Origin: Methanomassiliicoccaceae archaeon
Lineage (GTDB): Archaea > Thermoplasmatota > Thermoplasmata > Methanomassiliicoccales > Methanomassiliicoccaceae
Direction of reading: 5' to 3'
Assembly: GCA_963728405.1 (NCBI GenBank)
Contig: CAVSJV010000002.1
Coordinates: 256,001 to 320,000 of the forward strand
DNA length: 64,000 nt
Made by a program: the position numbers and the translations under genes. The first letter of the stretch is position 1, and every line of letters starts with the position of its first letter. The notes under the pieces are model-generated. The model saw nothing but the letters and a program-made list of their open reading frames with translations. It ran no database searches and was not told the DNA's origin. Shown one piece after another: positions 60,065 to 64,000 of the stretch.

Positions 60065-61015
60065 TTACTTATCGGGCAACTTTTTGAGCATTGAGAGCGC
60101 TCGGAAGGTGGTCCATCTGGAGGGCTTCCCGGCCCGCTCGAAGGTCACCAGGAACCGGCCGGTGAAGAAGCGCTCCATCGGCCACCGGCCCTGCCCGTCC
60201 TGCTTGGCCAGGATCATTTCCAGGGCCTGGACCATCCGCTCGTCCCGGCCGGTCGTCCGGGCCAGGACGTCGAGGACCTCCACCAGATCGGTGTTCCACA
60301 TAAGGGGAAAACCGAATCGGGTCCATTCCGGACGGACCTTCTCCTCGTCCCCGGCCGGCAGGCACCTGTCCTTGACGTTCTCCGCCAGGATCGACCGGGC
60401 CATCCGGGTCCTTTCATCGGTGAGGTTCGGCGGGATCTCGGCCAATGCCTTCAGGACCTTGACCGCCCCGGAGCGGCAGCGGACGCATCTCTTGCGGACC
60501 TCGATATTCTCCTCCGCCAGCCCCCGCAGGTGGTCATAGGTGGCGAGCATGCGGGGGTCCTGGCCGAATCCTGACCGGACCAGGGCGTAGGCCATATTGG
60601 CGGTGAGGCAGGGAAGGGGTTCCAACCTCCCTCCATCGGGGCCTCCGAGGTGAGTGAAACCGCCATCGCTCCTTCTTGACCATCTCAGCACGAACTCGCC
60701 CGCCCTTAGGACCCTTCCGTCCGCCGGGTCGGCGGCTAGATCTGCCAGGAGGATGAGGTTCCATACTGTGCCCTTGTACTTGGAGCGGACATAGAAGTCC
60801 TCTTTCCGGCCCCAGTGGCCCCCGGCCTCCTGCTTCGACAGTATCGTGGCCACCGGTCCGGACCTCATGAGGGCCTTCCTCGCCCCCAGTGCTTCGGTAC
60901 TATCGGCTGGAACATCCATCAGCTCCGTAAGCACCCGGTATCGAAGGGAGGGGTCGTCGGACTCCAGCAGCCACTCGGTCGGGTCTGAGCTGAGCAGGGC
61001 AAGCCAATCTCTCAC
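60065..61015 (-). CDS. Alpha/alpha-barrel prenyltransferase/squalene-cyclase-repeat-like protein
   Basis: WLLE...PS.RY..L, KQ...GHW, Y..KY.GT.W, FGFP..W..D, KQD..G.W, GKPSRWTT.RAL. Confidence 0.75.
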   Translation of the reverse strand: MRDWLALLSSDPTEWLLESDDPSLRYRVLTELMDVPADSTEALGARKALMRSGPVATILSKQEAGGHWGRKEDFYVRSKYKGTVWNLILLADLAADPADGRVLRAGEFVLRWSRRSDGGFTHLGGPDGGRLEPLPCLTANMAYALVRSGFGQDPRMLATYDHLRGLAEENIEVRKRCVRCRSGAVKVLKALAEIPPNLTDERTRMARSILAENVKDRCLPAGDEEKVRPEWTRFGFPLMWNTDLVEVLDVLARTTGRDERMVQALEMILAKQDGQGRWPMERFFTGRFLVTFERAGKPSRWTTFRALSMLKKLPDK

Positions 61016-61332
61016 GATAGTGCAACGTTATGCGGGAATATGAATGCCTCCATCGGCCCTGCGGACCATAACGAAAACAACCACACCTTTGGCCGACGGT
61101 AGCTTGCCGTTCGTGTGCAAGGCCCTCCCGGTGGAAGATAAGCCCTTGCGCTGCGTTTAACGATCGGGGTGCGCCGCCACCAGACCGCCTGGCAGTTCCA
61201 TCTAGGCTCCTCCATCCCATTACGGGTATCGATGGTATCGGACCCTAGCAGTGTTCAAGGACCGTTCGTCCCTTATGGCGCGGGGGGACCGAAAGGGTCA
61301 AATCTAAAAATCTTTGTTGACATAGCGAGACA

Positions 61333-61572
61333 ATGAAGATCAAGCGGTGTGAACTATTTGCTCACGTGAAGAGCTTCGAGGGCAAGAACAGTATGGAAGG
61401 TTTCCTCAGCTTCATCGATTCACCGGTGCGCGACCTCAGGGTGATCAAGATGCCAGAAGGCCGCATCAGGCTGAAGTACATCGACTGTGAGGATAACATC
61501 CATCGGATCGACATCGGTCCCAATGAGGAGGAGGAGATAGACTTCCCCCTGGATAGAAAGATCATTGAATAA
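61333..61572 (+). CDS. Small hypothetical protein
   Basis: 79-aa ORF with host-like codon usage and an AT-rich promoter-like sequence upstream. Confidence 0.65.
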   Translation: MKIKRCELFAHVKSFEGKNSMEGFLSFIDSPVRDLRVIKMPEGRIRLKYIDCEDNIHRIDIGPNEEEEIDFPLDRKIIE

Positions 61573-61616
61573 GATCGCCCGGTAACATCAACGGTCGGGT
61601 CGACCGGACCATCTCC

Positions 61617-61942
61617 TCAGGTGGGGCCTTCCACATGGCCGACAGTATGGCTTATCGAGGGTTGGCAACTCTCGCAATAAGCGCGCAACCGCATCATGAA
61701 CTCCCGGAACTTGGCCTCGGTCCGCCATTGCCTTATGCCTTCCTCGCTCTCGAACGGCCAGGAACAGAAGAACCGCCGGGGCTCCCCGAATCCTGTACAA
61801 GGGTCCCTTCCAACGCCCCTGCCCTTATTTCCGCGGCCCATGTGGCGAAATCCTGCCAGGCGGAAATGAATTCCCCCTCCCTCCCGGGCTTGATCATCCA
61901 TATCGCGATCGAGTAGTTACCTGCCGGTTTCGAGCGCTCCAC
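61617..61942 (-). CDS. Antibiotic-biosynthesis-monooxygenase (ABM)-like protein; +1 frameshift at ~61785
   Basis: W.IKPGRE.EF..AW..FA.W...TLVQD / PRRFF..WP.ES.E....WR across ORFs 61733..61942 and 61617..61901. Confidence 0.8.
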
Positions 61943-62107
61943 GAGCCCCCCGTTAACGATAGTAAAACGTGTCTATCATTTGATAACTTTATTCTCAGGT
62001 CGATTCCTAAAAGAATTAACGGCCCTGGCCAGACCATAATGATTTAATCCTGTGACATCCAGTCCAGACCATGCAACTGTGAGCTCCATGCTCCCAGAGA
62101 ACCCATA

Positions 62108-62386
62108 GTGGACCTGGCCATATTGCTGGAAGAGGCCCTTCAGGAAGGGGAGGAAGGCTGGTATTCAGGGGATCAGGTAATGGACCTTCATCGGCTGAAG
62201 CAGCGTTTGAAGGAGCAGGAGGCTTTGCTAGATGGGGTTCTGGCCAGGGTCCGATTACAAGGTACTGCGCTCGTGCTCACCACGCCTCAGAAAAAGGACC
62301 TGAGGAGGGAGGCCGTTGGCCTGGTAAATGTCTGCATGAACATATTGCAGGCCAGCCAGCTTCTCGATCCTGAGATGGACCTCTAG
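62108..62386 (+). CDS. Small helical hypothetical protein
   Basis: 92-aa ORF with GTG start. Confidence 0.55.
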   Translation: MDLAILLEEALQEGEEGWYSGDQVMDLHRLKQRLKEQEALLDGVLARVRLQGTALVLTTPQKKDLRREAVGLVNVCMNILQASQLLDPEMDL

Positions 62387-62779
62387 CTTTGGGCATTGTG
62401 AAGTGCTTCGCCCGTTCAGGCGGAGCTCCTTGCACCATCCTGATGGCATGTGATATCATCGCATATGTTCGTAAAGGCGGTCTATCCGCAAGCGTGAGTT
62501 CCGGTCGGTCCGACCGTACCTTCTGTAATCCTCGGTCGAGGATATTGAACGAAGTGTCACCTCCTCCTTTGTCGACGGGGTCTCCCTTTCCTGCTCTTGT
62601 CAGGGCAGATGGGTGATCGGTGAGCGATAGTGTCAGAGCACCGAATTTCCTTATGAATTTCGTATACGAACGTCGAACGGAGAGGGTAGTGAAAGTGCTC
62701 GAGATCGCTCCAATCCCCTAGCCATCGAAGAGGGCCTTCTCCTAGCTCGAAGATAAATACCGGCCGCTCCGAAGTTGTT

Positions 62780-63289
62780 ATGGTAGAGGCCATGTTGGAA
62801 GAGCATCAACCGAATGAAAAGCATAGCCACGACCTAAAGATCATCGTGGAGGAGAGGGGAATCCTACCGTCGGAGACCTGTGAAGGTCCCGACTATACGC
62901 CCCAGATAGATATCGAGGGGCTGTGGGCCCCCTACCTGGCCATCGTGGTCGATGATCCCACCTCAACAGGGGGCTTCACTCACTGGCTGATCTGGAACAT
63001 ACCTGGAATTGTCCGGATTCCCCGCAACATCCCCAAGGCCATGGAGATATCGTTCCCCATCTCTGCGCTCCAGGGCCGGAACTCCTTCGGAAAGATCGGC
63101 TACTCCGGTCCTTGCCTCCCGGAGGGAGAGGTCCATACCTATTCGGTTCGGGTCTATGGTCTGGACGGACGGGTGGACGCCAAGCCAGGGTCGGACCGCG
63201 AGGCATTCGAGAAGTTCCTCTCAGGACACATCGTCCAATACGGCCAGGCCGACGTTAAGTATGGTCGGAGGGCTCCGAGGAGCCCTTAG
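62780..63289 (+). CDS. YbhB/YbcL (PEBP) family protein
   Basis: AIVVDDP....FTHWLIWNIP, QGRNSFGKIGYSGPC.P, H.Y...VYGLD. Confidence 0.92.
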   Translation: MVEAMLEEHQPNEKHSHDLKIIVEERGILPSETCEGPDYTPQIDIEGLWAPYLAIVVDDPTSTGGFTHWLIWNIPGIVRIPRNIPKAMEISFPISALQGRNSFGKIGYSGPCLPEGEVHTYSVRVYGLDGRVDAKPGSDREAFEKFLSGHIVQYGQADVKYGRRAPRSP

Positions 63290-63329
63290 TTTAATCATCC
63301 CCTGGTCCATTCGGTGTTTCGGTAATGTG

Positions 63330-63743
63330 ATGGAAGGCGAGCTGTCCTCGGACCTGAAGCAGCGGCTGGCGTCGATGAGTTCGGCGCCCTTCGCCCTGCA
63401 TTGTGATATGGATACATTATCTGTGGGGGACGGGGAGGCGGTCGTCCGTATGCCCGTCGATGGTAAGTTGAACGCTCTCGGTACCGTTCATGGGGGCGCA
63501 ATATTCTCCCTGGCCGACCAGGCCTTTGCCCTTGCGGCCAATGCCAACGGCGAGCCGCAAGTGGCACTGAGCGCTAGTATTAGCTATCTAAAGCCGGCCC
63601 GCGGCACCCTGATCGCTCAGGCCAGGAAGGTAGGGGAGAATAAGAGCACCTCGATTTATGAAGTCCTGGTGCGGGACGGCGGGGAGCTGGTTGCCATCTT
63701 CCAAGGCGTCGGTTACAAACTTCGGAAAACCGAGAAAAAGTAG
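63330..63743 (+). CDS. PaaI-family hotdog-fold thioesterase
   Basis: LNALGTVHGGAIFSLADQAF, ISYLKPA. Confidence 0.92.
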   Translation: MEGELSSDLKQRLASMSSAPFALHCDMDTLSVGDGEAVVRMPVDGKLNALGTVHGGAIFSLADQAFALAANANGEPQVALSASISYLKPARGTLIAQARKVGENKSTSIYEVLVRDGGELVAIFQGVGYKLRKTEKK

Positions 63744-63771
63744 ATTAGCAGCGGCCTCAGAACGTTCCTGC

Positions 63772-63948
63772 ATGAAGACCTGCATGAAATGCTTTGCAGA
63801 GAACGATCAACATCAGGTGATATGCCGGGCCTGCGGGAGCAAGGAATTCGTCATCAAGAAAGAGAGCCTGGTCCCTTGCAAATATTGTGGAGCGGACAAT
63901 AAGGAAGGTGACCGGGAGTGCTACTCCTGCCGGCACTCTCTGGAGTGA
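63772..63948 (+). CDS. Small double zinc-ribbon protein
   Basis: CMKC...CRAC...CKYC...CYSC in 58 aa. Confidence 0.75.
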   Translation: MKTCMKCFAENDQHQVICRACGSKEFVIKKESLVPCKYCGADNKEGDRECYSCRHSLE

Positions 63949-64000
63949 TGGGGCGGCCAACACTTTTATTGATATAAAATTTTTTTAAATGTCGAGGGGG

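Noticed and set aside
1-64000. CRISPR array, rRNA, intact tRNA, IS transposase, inteins
   Set aside because: No regularly spaced repeats, full cloverleaf, transposase motifs or intein termini were seen.

Overview
Archaeal chromosomal DNA, most consistent with a Methanomassiliicoccales (Thermoplasmata) methanogen. Support: archaeal LeuRS, rps19e-PDCD5-rpl39e-rpl31e-eIF6 operon, MptE, methanogenesis marker 2, DUF2769 and DUF6015-type proteins, Thermoplasma-type split LplA/LplB, and an archaeal SRP RNA. About 65 genes are present. About 19 single-base frameshifts, nearly all +1 and including one in essential leuS, point to uncorrected long-read indels rather than real pseudogenes. Main points of interest: (1) a lipA-E1a-E1b-E2 2-oxoacid dehydrogenase operon with no E3 in the window, converging on a tight rubredoxin/ferredoxin:disulfide reductase-thioredoxin-lplB-lplA operon; (2) a tandem array of five paralogues, each with two CPxC-x18-H-x4-H metal-finger domains flanking a variable low-complexity linker; (3) an AT-rich islet with a solo PIN-domain protein carrying a hydrophobic tail; (4) tyrosine-recombinase and ComEC-like relics around map; (5) an SRP RNA with a UGAC helix-8 loop; (6) an ABC ATPase with an inserted zinc ribbon; (7) two candidate structured RNAs. 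No rRNA, intact tRNA, CRISPR array or intact transposase was found.
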